Below, piece after piece: positions 1 to 12,307 of a stretch of 64,000 bases of DNA. Origin of the DNA: Candidatus Nanosyncoccus sp. (lineage in GTDB: Bacteria; Patescibacteriota; Saccharimonadia; Saccharimonadales; Saccharimonadaceae); contig JAZRPQ010000009.1 of assembly GCA_045649325.1 (NCBI GenBank), forward strand, positions 12,779-76,778. Direction: 5' to 3'. Every line of letters starts with the position of its first letter. Position 1 is the stretch's first letter. Below the pieces are notes generated by a model. That model had not been told where the DNA came from, searched no databases, and saw only the letters and a program-made list of their open reading frames with translations. A program made the position numbers and the translations under genes.

Positions 1-1019
1 AAAAGATAAATAATCGGCCCCACTATAATATATATATAGTAAGAAAATAGCCGCCATACCAGCATTGCCCAAAATACGTACCCGGTCGAAAGCCTAGAAA
101 ACACAACATAAAAAGTGCCTTCCGCCACGCCCGAGTTGCCTGGTGTTGGTACGTAATAAACCGCCGACTGGATTGCAACGCTAAGTACAAAACATTCAAA
201 GAAGTTGATATCTCCGCCAAAGGCAATCAAAACAAAAAACGGTACTAAAGAAATCAAAATATTCGAAAAAAGTGACATTAGTAGTACATTTACCATTACT
301 TCGCGCGATTTGGCGATAAGCTTTACATTTTTGGCATATTCATCTACTTCTTTCTCAACTTTTTTAATAGCAGCTTTTTTGTCCTTGACTATTCTAAGCA
401 TTGCCAAAAATTTTACAAAAACATTAATTACCTTTGCGGTAAATTTCGCCGAAAACACCGTGCCTATCACCATCGCCGGCCAAAAAGCATAAAATAAAAG
501 CCCAATCCACGCCGTCGTCAGCAGTACTGGATTTACATCCATGAATGCCCCCGCGATAAAACATGGAATCGCGATCAAAATAAATGTTACTTGCCCGGAA
601 ATCATACTATAAATCGGAATCGCCGTAGTCAGCCCAGCTGGGATTTTGCCGGTTCTTCTAAGATTGAGAATCTGGGCCGGTTGCCCGCCTACCGCCGCCG
701 GCGTAATCCTATCATAATATCGCCCAATCATCACCGTTTCAAAGCCTAGTTTAAAGGCTTCTTTTTTAGAAAAAGTGCCTGGCTTAGTCGACTTTAAAAT
801 CATCAACATATATTTCCAATATTCTAAGAGAATCATTACGATAAAACATAGCGCCGCCGGGACTAGTAGCCAACCATTTAGCTGTACCGTCGCGAGTTCT
901 GCCGCGTTTTCATTGTTGCTAAATTCATTCACGGCCGTTGCAATAATTACCGCAACGCTGAACCCAATAAAAACGGCATACAAAAGAAACTTACGGATTT
1001 TTTTGCGCGAGATGCTCAC
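1..1019 (-). CDS. UPF0104 / lysyl-phosphatidylglycerol-synthase-TM-region (flippase-like) integral membrane protein, 3' end runs off the window
   Basis: Absent from the ORF track because there is no stop inside the window. Manual minus-strand translation from GTG (1017-1019) stays open to position 1: VSISRKKIRKFLLYAVFIGF...GRYYDRITPAAVGGQPAQILNLRR...YYVPTPGNSGVAEGTFY. Multi-TM. The GTG overlaps the TGA of the upstream gene (GTGA) and follows AGGCGGAG. Confidence 0.65.
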   Translation of the reverse strand, partial: MSISRKKIRKFLLYAVFIGFSVAVIIATAVNEFSNNENAAELATVQLNGWLLVPAALCFIVMILLEYWKYMLMILKSTKPGTFSKKEAFKLGFETVMIGRYYDRITPAAVGGQPAQILNLRRTGKIPAGLTTAIPIYSMISGQVTFILIAIPCFIAGAFMDVNPVLLTTAWIGLLFYAFWPAMVIGTVFSAKFTAKVINVFVKFLAMLRIVKDKKAAIKKVEKEVDEYAKNVKLIAKSREVMVNVLLMSLFSNILISLVPFFVLIAFGGDINFFECFVLSVAIQSAVYYVPTPGNSGVAEGTFYVVFSRLSTGYVFWAMLVWRLFSYYIYIIVGPIIYL

Positions 1020-2131
1020 GAGCTCCGCCTATTTGCTAATTTAATATTTGGATATTCATCAACCAGCACTCTAATGCATCCAGCAATCGGGATGGAAATA
1101 ATCGCACCAAGTAGCCCAAACATGTACATCCCGATTGTCACTGCAGAGAGAATCATTACGGCAGGCAAGTTCAAAGCATTGCCCTGAATCTTTGGTGAAA
1201 TCAAGTTGTTTTCGATCTGTGCATATAATATATATACTACGGCAAAAATTACCCCTGCAAATGGCGCATTAAAGACCAAAATCAAGGTTACCAGTGTGCC
1301 GCCAATAAATTGCCCAAACATTGGAATCATGTAAAAAGTCATCGTGATCATCCCCATTGGTATCGCCAGCGAAGATGGAATCCCAGTGAAAAACGAAAGT
1401 ACAAAAACAATCAAAGCGGACGCACAGCCATCAAGGGTAGCTACGATTAGCTGTCTCGAAACGTAAGTCGAAATCACATTGGCCATCTTTGACAAAATTC
1501 TTTTTGCTACATTTATCGGTCGCTTGTTTTCTTCCCCACTACTGAGACTCTTCCATAGAACTTCCGTCAAGGCTGGTCCTTCTAGCAAGAATAGTAGCGT
1601 CAATACCAAGACTAGCATGATTTTCATTGCCGAATCTGCTACTCCACTCACGCTTGCTACAAAATTCGAACCAAATTGGCCAAGCAAATCTTGCGACAAA
1701 CCATTTAGCGCATTTACAATCTCGGAATGCAAATCAGAAATTCCAATTGTACGACCAAAATCGTTAATTCCCTCCCAGCCACCAAAGTTATTTTCAAACA
1801 TTTCTGGCGCATTTTTGATAAATTTAGAAGTCTCGCTAATGACTACTGGCCCTACTACCGCGATAATCCCACCGACTACCACTACCACAATAACGTAAGC
1901 AAGTATCGCCGAAAGTTTCTGGTGTTTTTTCTCGGTTCCAAAATGTTTGACAAAAAATCTGTTTACTCTGTTCACTAGTGGTCTAAGAGCCAATGCCAGA
2001 AAAATCGAAATCCCGATAACGATAAGTCCGGTCAACGCCTTAGAAAAAATTAGTATGATTATTGCAATAACTAGTGGTACTGACCAAAACTTCACAAAAG
2101 TCCTGGTGTCTGTTTCGATTAGTTTAGACAT
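1016..2131 (-). CDS. AI-2E family transporter (PerM/UPF0118-type permease)
   Basis: 371-aa ORF with about 8 predicted TM helices and UPF0118-like C-terminal half (ISPKIQGNALNLPAVMILSAVTIG). GGAGGAGG lies just upstream of the ATG. Confidence 0.8.
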   Translation of the reverse strand: MSKLIETDTRTFVKFWSVPLVIAIIILIFSKALTGLIVIGISIFLALALRPLVNRVNRFFVKHFGTEKKHQKLSAILAYVIVVVVVGGIIAVVGPVVISETSKFIKNAPEMFENNFGGWEGINDFGRTIGISDLHSEIVNALNGLSQDLLGQFGSNFVASVSGVADSAMKIMLVLVLTLLFLLEGPALTEVLWKSLSSGEENKRPINVAKRILSKMANVISTYVSRQLIVATLDGCASALIVFVLSFFTGIPSSLAIPMGMITMTFYMIPMFGQFIGGTLVTLILVFNAPFAGVIFAVVYILYAQIENNLISPKIQGNALNLPAVMILSAVTIGMYMFGLLGAIISIPIAGCIRVLVDEYPNIKLANRRSS

Positions 2132-2186
2132 TTACCTCCTCCATAGACTTATTGTAACATATTTGGTATAATAATGGTAAGAATTT

Positions 2187-2742
2187 ATGGCAAAAAAGGT
2201 TCTGATGCATACTTGCTGCGCCCCTTGCAGCGTTTATTGTATTGACTCATTGCGCGGTGAAGGCATTGAGCCAACTTGTTTTTGGTATAATCCCAACATT
2301 CACCCATATATCGAGTACAAAACTCGCCGTGACTGTCTCAAAGATTATTGCAAAAAAGTAGATGTAGAAGCCATTTTTGTTGAAGATTACGGCCTAGACG
2401 AGTTTTGTAAAAACGTCGTTTCCGATATCGAAAATCGTTGTGTCAACTACTGCTACAAAAAGCGCCTCACCGAAACGGTTCGTTATGCTGCAAAACACGG
2501 CTACGAGGCCTTTACTACTACGCTCCTCGTCTCTCCGTATCAAAAACATGAAGAATTGATCAAAGTCTGTAAAGAGCTATCTGCACTTTCTGGCGTTGAA
2601 TTTTTGTATCGTGATTTCCGTGTCGGTTTCCACGAGGGTCAGAAAAAGGCCCGCGAGGAAGGACTCTACATGCAAAAATATTGTGGTTGTATTTTTTCGG
2701 AAGAAGATAGATATAAAAAACAAATAGAAAAGGATTTAAAAA

Positions 2743-2756
<14 letters not shown>
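2187..2756 (+). CDS. queH: Epoxyqueuosine reductase QueH (DUF208)
   Basis: MHTCCAPCS, NPNIHPYIEY, FTTTLLVSPYQ and QKYCGCIFSE motifs characteristic of QueH. Confidence 0.88.
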
Positions 2757-6143
<3,387 letters not shown>

Positions 6144-6157
<14 letters not shown>

Positions 6158-6917
6158 TTAAAATCCTTTCTAATATAGGCACGATTTTGGCATATTTATC
6201 ATTTCCTACTCCATGCGCACCTGGAGTTTTGATTGCGGAAATTTTGGGATTTTCTTTAACTAGCTTTGGAATATTGTATGAAGCAATAATCTTGTCCGCT
6301 ATACCATATATAATAGTAGTTTTTCTCGTCAATCTTTTTAAGACTTCGTAATTTTTCTTATTTTGCACAATCAAAGCAAGTTCATTCTCAAAAACTTTGT
6401 CGTTTTTTAGCGCAGGCTTTTTTGCAAAAATTGCCATCTTAAATCCTTCCATGCCTACCGCGAACTTTGGTGATTCAAAATCTTTCAAAGTGTAGACCGG
6501 TGGTGAAATCAGAATTAGTTCCTTCACCATTCTTTTGTGAAGGTCGGCAAACCTCGCCGAAATCAAACATCCCATCGAATGGCCTACGAGAACTAGCGGG
6601 GTTTTGACTTTCAAACTTTCAAGCGAATTTTCTAATGCCTCTAGTTGGTCGTGCAGATCATACTTCAACTTGTCAGACTTTGGAGATTTGCCACTCCCAA
6701 GCAAATCAAAAGCCACAAACCTCACGTCCTTCAAAGAGGTGGTGCCTTCTAAATAATCAAGGGCCTTATTAAATCTCGAAGAATCATCAGCGATCCCATG
6801 AATAAAAACCACAGTGATTTTTGGTTCACCTGACGGGCAAAAATCGTGAGTCTTGGCGAGCTTAAAAGGTCGGTTCAAAATTTTGTCAAACATTTTTATT
6901 CCTTTCATCTTCTTCAA
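6144..6917 (-). CDS. Alpha/beta-fold hydrolase
   Basis: GHSMG nucleophile elbow, HG oxyanion region (FIHGIADD), about 250 aa. The true start may be an internal ATG (6893 or 6908), since the listed start overlaps the upstream gene by 32 nt. Confidence 0.7.
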
Positions 6918-7884
6918 TTAATTTTGGTACAATCGAAACCAAATCTCTCACAATATCTTCATAAGAAATATCATAAGTCCTAAAGCCGGCCGCATACGGG
7001 TGCCCGCCCCCACCAAAATAACCCGCTACCGACTCCGCGATCCTGGTGTCGCCCATGCAGCGGATTTTGCCGGTTACTTTGCCGTCTGGATAAGTCTTGA
7101 CGGCAACGGCCACCTTCACACCTTCTACCATTCGGAGCTCTTCCAAAATCAAAACATTTGGGTTGTATTCGTCAGAGTACTCTTCGATTTCTTCCCACGG
7201 AATCAAAACCGTCGCGAGCTGTCCATCTAGATGAAATTCTACTCGTCGTATCAAATCGGCCTTGTATTCAAAAACTCGCTGAGATTTTTTCATGTATTCG
7301 CGGCGTTTTTCTTCTAGGACACCTACATCTGCGCCGCGTCTAGTCAGTTCAGCCATAATCTCGAAGGTTCTTGCTGTTACTGCTACGCTAGTTAGCCCCA
7401 AAGTGTCAGACATGATTGCCTGCGTCAACGCTTCGGCTGCTGGTTTGTCGACTTCTAATCCACATTGAGTTGCGATTTCAAAAATTAGCTCTGCTGCGGC
7501 TGGACGTACTTCGATAATCGAATCGTGTGGAAATTCCAAATCATCCTCTGTCTCGTGATGATCGATCACGAAAACCGGCGCCGAGTACAAGCGATTCCGG
7601 ATAGCAGTATCTTCTAGTAGCTTAGATAGAAGTACAGTTGCTGCTGTGTCGACAATGATATATCCGTCTGCTTTAAAATTAAAATCTAGTTCTACTCTTG
7701 ACCAATCTTCAAAATAATGCAAATATTTCGGAATTTCAATCGGGCAGTACATAGACACATCGTAATCCTTCAAAATATAATCAAGCGCGATGCTAGATCC
7801 CAGAGAATCTCCATCTGGGTTTTCTGCTTGAATCACACAGATAGATTTTTTGTCCTTTAAAAACTCCGTAAATTTGTCATACAT
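6886..7884 (-). CDS. DHH/DHHA1 family phosphoesterase (NrnA-like oligoribonuclease / pAp phosphatase)
   Basis: DGDSLGS, IDHHE (DHH) and GGGHPYAAG (DHHA1) motifs. Confidence 0.82.
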   Translation of the reverse strand: MYDKFTEFLKDKKSICVIQAENPDGDSLGSSIALDYILKDYDVSMYCPIEIPKYLHYFEDWSRVELDFNFKADGYIIVDTAATVLLSKLLEDTAIRNRLYSAPVFVIDHHETEDDLEFPHDSIIEVRPAAAELIFEIATQCGLEVDKPAAEALTQAIMSDTLGLTSVAVTARTFEIMAELTRRGADVGVLEEKRREYMKKSQRVFEYKADLIRRVEFHLDGQLATVLIPWEEIEEYSDEYNPNVLILEELRMVEGVKVAVAVKTYPDGKVTGKIRCMGDTRIAESVAGYFGGGGHPYAAGFRTYDISYEDIVRDLVSIVPKLIEEDERNKNV

Positions 7885-7921
7885 ATAGATTTATTATACC
7901 ACAATGTGATAAAATTATATC

Positions 7922-8353
7922 ATGACTATCTTTCACGCTGACAAAAAGTTCGAACGTTTCGAAGATGTCACGCCAGATTTATTAAAAAAAGAAGGCGTCA
8001 AGCTTTTGATGTGTGATCTAGATAATACCTTGAGGCTTCACTCCGAAAAAGAGCCAGCCGACGAGCTAGCTGACTGGGTTTCCGAGGTCAAAAATGCCGG
8101 TGTCAAAATCGTCATCATCTCCAACAACGGTCGCAAAAAAATGATGCAAAAATTTTGCGAGCCACTTGGCATCGATTGTGCCTGGTGGGCCAAAAAACCA
8201 GTTTCGACCAAGCTTACCGAGATGATGGAAAGATTCAAAGTTGCGCCCGAAGATGCTGTGATGCTTGGCGACAAATGGTCTACGGATGTTCTTGCCGCGA
8301 AGTTCGCCAAAGTCCGCTCTTGGCAGGTTGAACACCGAAAGGATATCGTGTGA
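7922..8353 (+). CDS. YqeG-type HAD-IIIA phosphatase
   Basis: CDLDNTL catalytic motif, SNN and GDKWSTD motifs, small size (143 aa). Confidence 0.7.
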   Translation: MTIFHADKKFERFEDVTPDLLKKEGVKLLMCDLDNTLRLHSEKEPADELADWVSEVKNAGVKIVIISNNGRKKMMQKFCEPLGIDCAWWAKKPVSTKLTEMMERFKVAPEDAVMLGDKWSTDVLAAKFAKVRSWQVEHRKDIV

Positions 8354-8883
8354 ATTTGCCCACAGTCTTAACCTTTATCAGGATTATCCTGGTCGCGCCA
8401 GTAATGATTCTGATTTTTATGGATAGCCTTCCGGCAGAGATCGCTACTATCGTTCTGTTTACACTCGCTTCTCTTACGGACAAACTCGACGGTTATCTCG
8501 CCCGTAAAAACAAACAAGTGACCGACCTCGGTGCTTTTTTGGACCCCTTGGCTGACAAAATGCTTATCAACCTGACTTTTTTAGCCCTAGTCATGTTAAA
8601 TTTTGTTCCGCTTTGGATGTTTGCCGTGATTCTCATTCGTGACTTCGCCGTGGACGGTCTTAGGATGGTCTCGGCCGGTAAAGGTGTCACTATCCCAGCC
8701 AATATTTACGGCAAAGTCAAAACTACCGTACAAATGATTACAATTATTTCGATTTTACTCAATCGTATTTTGGACCTCGCGCCGCTTGGCATCGCTAATA
8801 CCGTACTATTATATATAGTGATGTTTCTTACCGTCCTGTCCGGAGCTATCTACCTCTTTAAAGGCCGAAAGATACTAAAATAA
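8350..8883 (+). CDS. pgsA: CDP-diacylglycerol--glycerol-3-phosphate 3-phosphatidyltransferase
   Basis: CDP-alcohol phosphatidyltransferase signature DKLDGYLARK...GAFLDPLADK, 4-5 TM helices. Overlaps the upstream gene by 4 nt. Confidence 0.85.
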   Translation: MNLPTVLTFIRIILVAPVMILIFMDSLPAEIATIVLFTLASLTDKLDGYLARKNKQVTDLGAFLDPLADKMLINLTFLALVMLNFVPLWMFAVILIRDFAVDGLRMVSAGKGVTIPANIYGKVKTTVQMITIISILLNRILDLAPLGIANTVLLYIVMFLTVLSGAIYLFKGRKILK

Positions 8884-9553
8884 TTATCAGAAGCACCGTA
8901 CCAGAAAAGGCCGTCGAATCAATGCGGTCAAGGTAGCCACCGTGTCCTTCGCTGCCACCTACAAATAGTTCTATAAATCTAAATGATTTGTTTTTGATGA
9001 TGATTTCGTTGGAATCTTTTACGTTTGACTGGCGTTTTAAGAAGCTTTCAAACAAATCGCCCATCAGCGCCAAAGGTCCACAGAAAAGGAACATCCAATC
9101 GGTGTCAAAACTTCCCTGACTCAATATCCGGATTAAGACAAAAACCGTAGCAGTGAGTAGCCCTAGGAACGTCCCTTCCCAAGTTTTGTTCTTGGAGACG
9201 TGTGGGAAAGGTCGAGATTTCTTAAAAATCTTACCGCCACAAAGTTTGCCAAAAAGATAAGCAAAAATATCATACCCACAAACCCCGAGTATGATATACC
9301 AAAAATGGTTTAAATCTACTCGCGCCACAAATGCCGCCCCGCCAATTATAAAGATAGTTTCAATCGCAGCTAGAACTATATTATATATATGGTGCTTTCT
9401 TTTAAAAAAGGAAAACAGCTCAATAAGAGACATCGCCGAGAAAAATCCGTAAATAATTTTAAAAGGAATCGAATCGAAAGTATAAAGCCCAACTAAGGCT
9501 ACCGCAAACATCGACAATCCTACTATAATTCTCACTTTGAAGTTTCTATCCAT
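8858..9553 (-). CDS. cdsA: Phosphatidate cytidylyltransferase
   Basis: Multi-TM protein with SKNKTWEG and GGYLDRIDS C-terminal CdsA motifs. Confidence 0.78.
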   Translation of the reverse strand: MDRNFKVRIIVGLSMFAVALVGLYTFDSIPFKIIYGFFSAMSLIELFSFFKRKHHIYNIVLAAIETIFIIGGAAFVARVDLNHFWYIILGVCGYDIFAYLFGKLCGGKIFKKSRPFPHVSKNKTWEGTFLGLLTATVFVLIRILSQGSFDTDWMFLFCGPLALMGDLFESFLKRQSNVKDSNEIIIKNKSFRFIELFVGGSEGHGGYLDRIDSTAFSGTVLLIIILVSFGL

Positions 9554-9576
9554 ATATATATATTATATAACAAAAA

Positions 9577-9668
9577 TTAAAACGGAATTCACTTTCGTTT
9601 TGATTTTTAAACTGATTTTCTTTGTTGGACTTTCTTTTGAAGAAGAAAGTCTAAAGTGATATAATTAA
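9577..9668. promoter_or_regulatory. Divergent promoter region carrying repeated module copy A
   Basis: Hairpin AAAACG-GAATTCACTTT-CGTTTT (9579-9601), inverted repeat GACTTTCTT(n6)AAGAAAGTC (9628-9651) and TGATATAAT (9657-9665). About 80% identical by eye to 42929-43011. Confidence 0.55.
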
Positions 9669-9675
9669 GTATATT

Positions 9676-11409
9676 ATGTTGGAGTTTTTATATAACAAAA
9701 TCAAAAGTGGCGTAAGGAAGCTAGACGTCCAGATTGAACGTGCTAAATACGGCCATATCGAAAAACTACCAAAAGAGGTCAAATATTTCGAAGGCAGTAT
9801 GTATGAAGCCGTTTTGAAATCTGCAAAAAAGTATCCAAACCGCACTGCTCTTGAATATTTCCATATGGAGGTCTCTTACAAAGACATGATCAAAAAAATC
9901 AACCACGTCGCCGCATCTTTAAAAGCTCTTGGCGTCAAAAAAGGTGAGCGTGTTACTATCTGTATGCCAAATACTCCTGAGTCTGTCTATGCTTTTTATG
10001 CCGTCAACGAAATTGGCGCTGTCGCCAACATGGTTCATCCTCTTTCCTCCGAAAAAGAAATCGAGGATTATTTGATTCAATCTGAGTCTAGAGTCATGCT
10101 CTGTGTGGACGTAGCCTACAAAAAGACTGAGAATATTATCAAAAACACCAGCGTAGAACATTTGGTAGTCGTGTCTCCAGCTCGCTCTATGGACTTTTTG
10201 GTGCGTTTTATTTTTAAACTCACCAAAGGTCGCAAAAATCACGTCAAAAAGACCCAAGAAGTCACTACCTGGGATAGATTTTTGCTAAAAGGTATGACCT
10301 ACTCTGGGCCTTTGCATGTCAAAACTGATCCAAATGACCCGGCCGTCATTCTCTACTCTGGTGGCACCACAGGAAAACCTAAAGGCGTAGTGCTCACTAG
10401 TTTTAATTTTAATGCGCAGGCTCTTGGCGCCAAATATCTCGTCTCGGAACTTTTGAAACCACGCTATTCTATGCTTAGTTTCTTGCCAAATTTCCACGCT
10501 TTTGGACTTGGCGTTTGCATCCATATCCCATTATATTGTGGTATGCGGGTAGTCCTCATCCCGCAGTTTAACGCCAAAAAATTCAAAAGCTATATCAGGG
10601 ATTATCGTATCAACGTGATCGTAGGTGTGCCTACCGCTTTTGAGTATCTCACCAAACTCAAATTCGGTCCGCGCGAACTCCGCCGCGTCAAAGGCGCAGT
10701 GTCTGGCGGCGACGTCATCTCGGATTCCATGAAGAAAAAAATCAACAATTTCTTCAAAAGCCACGGCTCCAAAGCCATTATCCAGAACGGCTATGGTCTC
10801 ACTGAGGCTGCTGGCGGGATGATTTTTTCCGAAAGAAGCATTGCTGGGCTTTCTGGTACTATTGGCTTTCCGTTGCCAGACAGCGAAGCTTTGATCGTAG
10901 ATCCAAAAACTCTTAAACCAGTCAAGACTGGTGAAGATGGCGAGATTCTCGTCCGCGGCCTTACTACGATGAAAGGCTATCTAAACAAGCCCAAAGAAAC
11001 CGAAGCTGCCTTTGTTAAAGTTGGCAACAAAAAATATCTTCGCACTGGCGATATTGGCTATGTCAACGAAGACGGCGCAGTCTTTTTCAAATCTCGTTTG
11101 AAGCGACTAATTATCTCTAAAGGTTATAATGTCTATCCTACCAATATTGAAGAAATCACTTTGAAATGTAAGGGCGTCGAAGCTTGTGCCTGTGTCGGTA
11201 TCCCTGACGAAGTCCGCGGCGAAAAAATCACAGTCTTCATCGTTAAAAAACCAGATTCTTACGAGCGCATAGTCAAAAGAGAGTTAAATAAATTATACAA
11301 AAAATACCTCGCCAAATACGAAATCCCTCACGAGCTAAGATTCATCGACGAACTTCCTAAGACCAAACTCGCCAAAGTAGACTTTATTGCATTAAAAGCT
11401 AAAGGTTAG
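9676..11409 (+). CDS. AMP-forming acyl-CoA/acyl-ACP ligase (long-chain fatty-acid ligase-like)
   Basis: AMP-binding signature YSGGTTGKPKGV, YGLTE, TGDIGY...DGAVFFKSRLKRLI core motifs. 577 aa. Confidence 0.85.
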   Translation: MLEFLYNKIKSGVRKLDVQIERAKYGHIEKLPKEVKYFEGSMYEAVLKSAKKYPNRTALEYFHMEVSYKDMIKKINHVAASLKALGVKKGERVTICMPNTPESVYAFYAVNEIGAVANMVHPLSSEKEIEDYLIQSESRVMLCVDVAYKKTENIIKNTSVEHLVVVSPARSMDFLVRFIFKLTKGRKNHVKKTQEVTTWDRFLLKGMTYSGPLHVKTDPNDPAVILYSGGTTGKPKGVVLTSFNFNAQALGAKYLVSELLKPRYSMLSFLPNFHAFGLGVCIHIPLYCGMRVVLIPQFNAKKFKSYIRDYRINVIVGVPTAFEYLTKLKFGPRELRRVKGAVSGGDVISDSMKKKINNFFKSHGSKAIIQNGYGLTEAAGGMIFSERSIAGLSGTIGFPLPDSEALIVDPKTLKPVKTGEDGEILVRGLTTMKGYLNKPKETEAAFVKVGNKKYLRTGDIGYVNEDGAVFFKSRLKRLIISKGYNVYPTNIEEITLKCKGVEACACVGIPDEVRGEKITVFIVKKPDSYERIVKRELNKLYKKYLAKYEIPHELRFIDELPKTKLAKVDFIALKAKG

Positions 11410-12004
11410 TCCGATTTTCTAACGCCGCTGATAACGTGATTTGATCTGCGTAGGACAAATCTACACCGAGCGGCAGTCCTCTGGCTAGCCGAGTCAACTT
11501 CAAATTTGGATTTTGTTCATGCAACATTTTTTCGAGCAGTAGCGCTGTAGATTCTCCTTCCACAGACGGATTTGTAGCAATAATTACTTCCTTTGCGTTG
11601 TCGTCGTTTACTCTTTTGATCAGCTCGCCAATATGCAACTGTTCCGGTGTGATTCCGTCGATCGGCGAAACCGCCCCACCCAGCACATGATAGGTGCCTT
11701 TATAAGTCTTGGTTTGCTCGATTGCGTAGATATCTAGAGGCTCCTCCACTACGAGTATAGTTGTCTTATCTCTCGTCGGATCACTATAAAGTGGCGACAC
11801 AGTCTCGTCTGCATCAACCAAAGCAAAAGTTTTTGGGCATGATTTTACCTTTTTATGTAGCGTACTAAGCGCCTCAGCGATCGACTCGGAAACTTTTTCG
11901 TTGGACTTAAAAAGATAGTAAGCGTATCTTTCCGCTGTCTTTGACCCTACACCAGGAAGCATGCCCAGTGCTTCAATCACTTCTTCTAAGGCGTGCGGCA
12001 ACAT
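11399..12004 (-). CDS. recR: Recombination protein RecR (zinc-finger-degenerate)
   Basis: HhH LPGVGSKTAERYAYYL, Toprim VVEEPLDIYAIE, YHVLGG, ATNPSVEGESTA, RLARGLPLG. Confidence 0.9.
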   Translation of the reverse strand: MLPHALEEVIEALGMLPGVGSKTAERYAYYLFKSNEKVSESIAEALSTLHKKVKSCPKTFALVDADETVSPLYSDPTRDKTTILVVEEPLDIYAIEQTKTYKGTYHVLGGAVSPIDGITPEQLHIGELIKRVNDDNAKEVIIATNPSVEGESTALLLEKMLHEQNPNLKLTRLARGLPLGVDLSYADQITLSAALENRTNL

Positions 12005-12009
12005 TTTGT

Positions 12010-12306
12010 TTAAAGCCCAAGTCCAGATAGACCACCCATGAGTGGTTTCATTTTGTCGGTGGCAATTTCTTGCGCTTTAGCAAAACCATCACGCATGCAA
12101 TTTTCGATCCAGCGTTCAAGTTCGTGAATGTCGTCAAGATCCACCCTTTCTGGGTCAATCGAGACCTTTTTGACTTTTAACTCGCCAGTGATTTGTACTA
12201 CTACGGCACCATCGCCAGCTTCTACTTCTACGATTTCATTTTTAAGCTCTTTTTGGGCTTTTCTAAGCTGATTGATCATCTTCATCTGATCTATGGTCTG
12301 TCCCAT
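12010..12306 (-). CDS. ybaB: YbaB/EbfC family nucleoid-associated protein
   Basis: 98 aa, MINQLRKAQKEL...VEVEAGDGAVVVQITGELKVKKVSIDP pattern. Sits next to recR as in most bacteria. Confidence 0.85.
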   Translation of the reverse strand: MGQTIDQMKMINQLRKAQKELKNEIVEVEAGDGAVVVQITGELKVKKVSIDPERVDLDDIHELERWIENCMRDGFAKAQEIATDKMKPLMGGLSGLGL

Positions 12307-12307
12307 T

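Noticed and set aside
205-1044. Plus-strand ORFs 205..492 and 775..1044, and minus-strand ORF 23..226, from the ORF track.
   Set aside because: A single uninterrupted minus-strand frame from GTG 1019 to the window edge encodes a coherent multi-TM protein with UPF0104-type motifs. The listed ORFs are low-complexity reads antisense to, or out of frame with, that gene.
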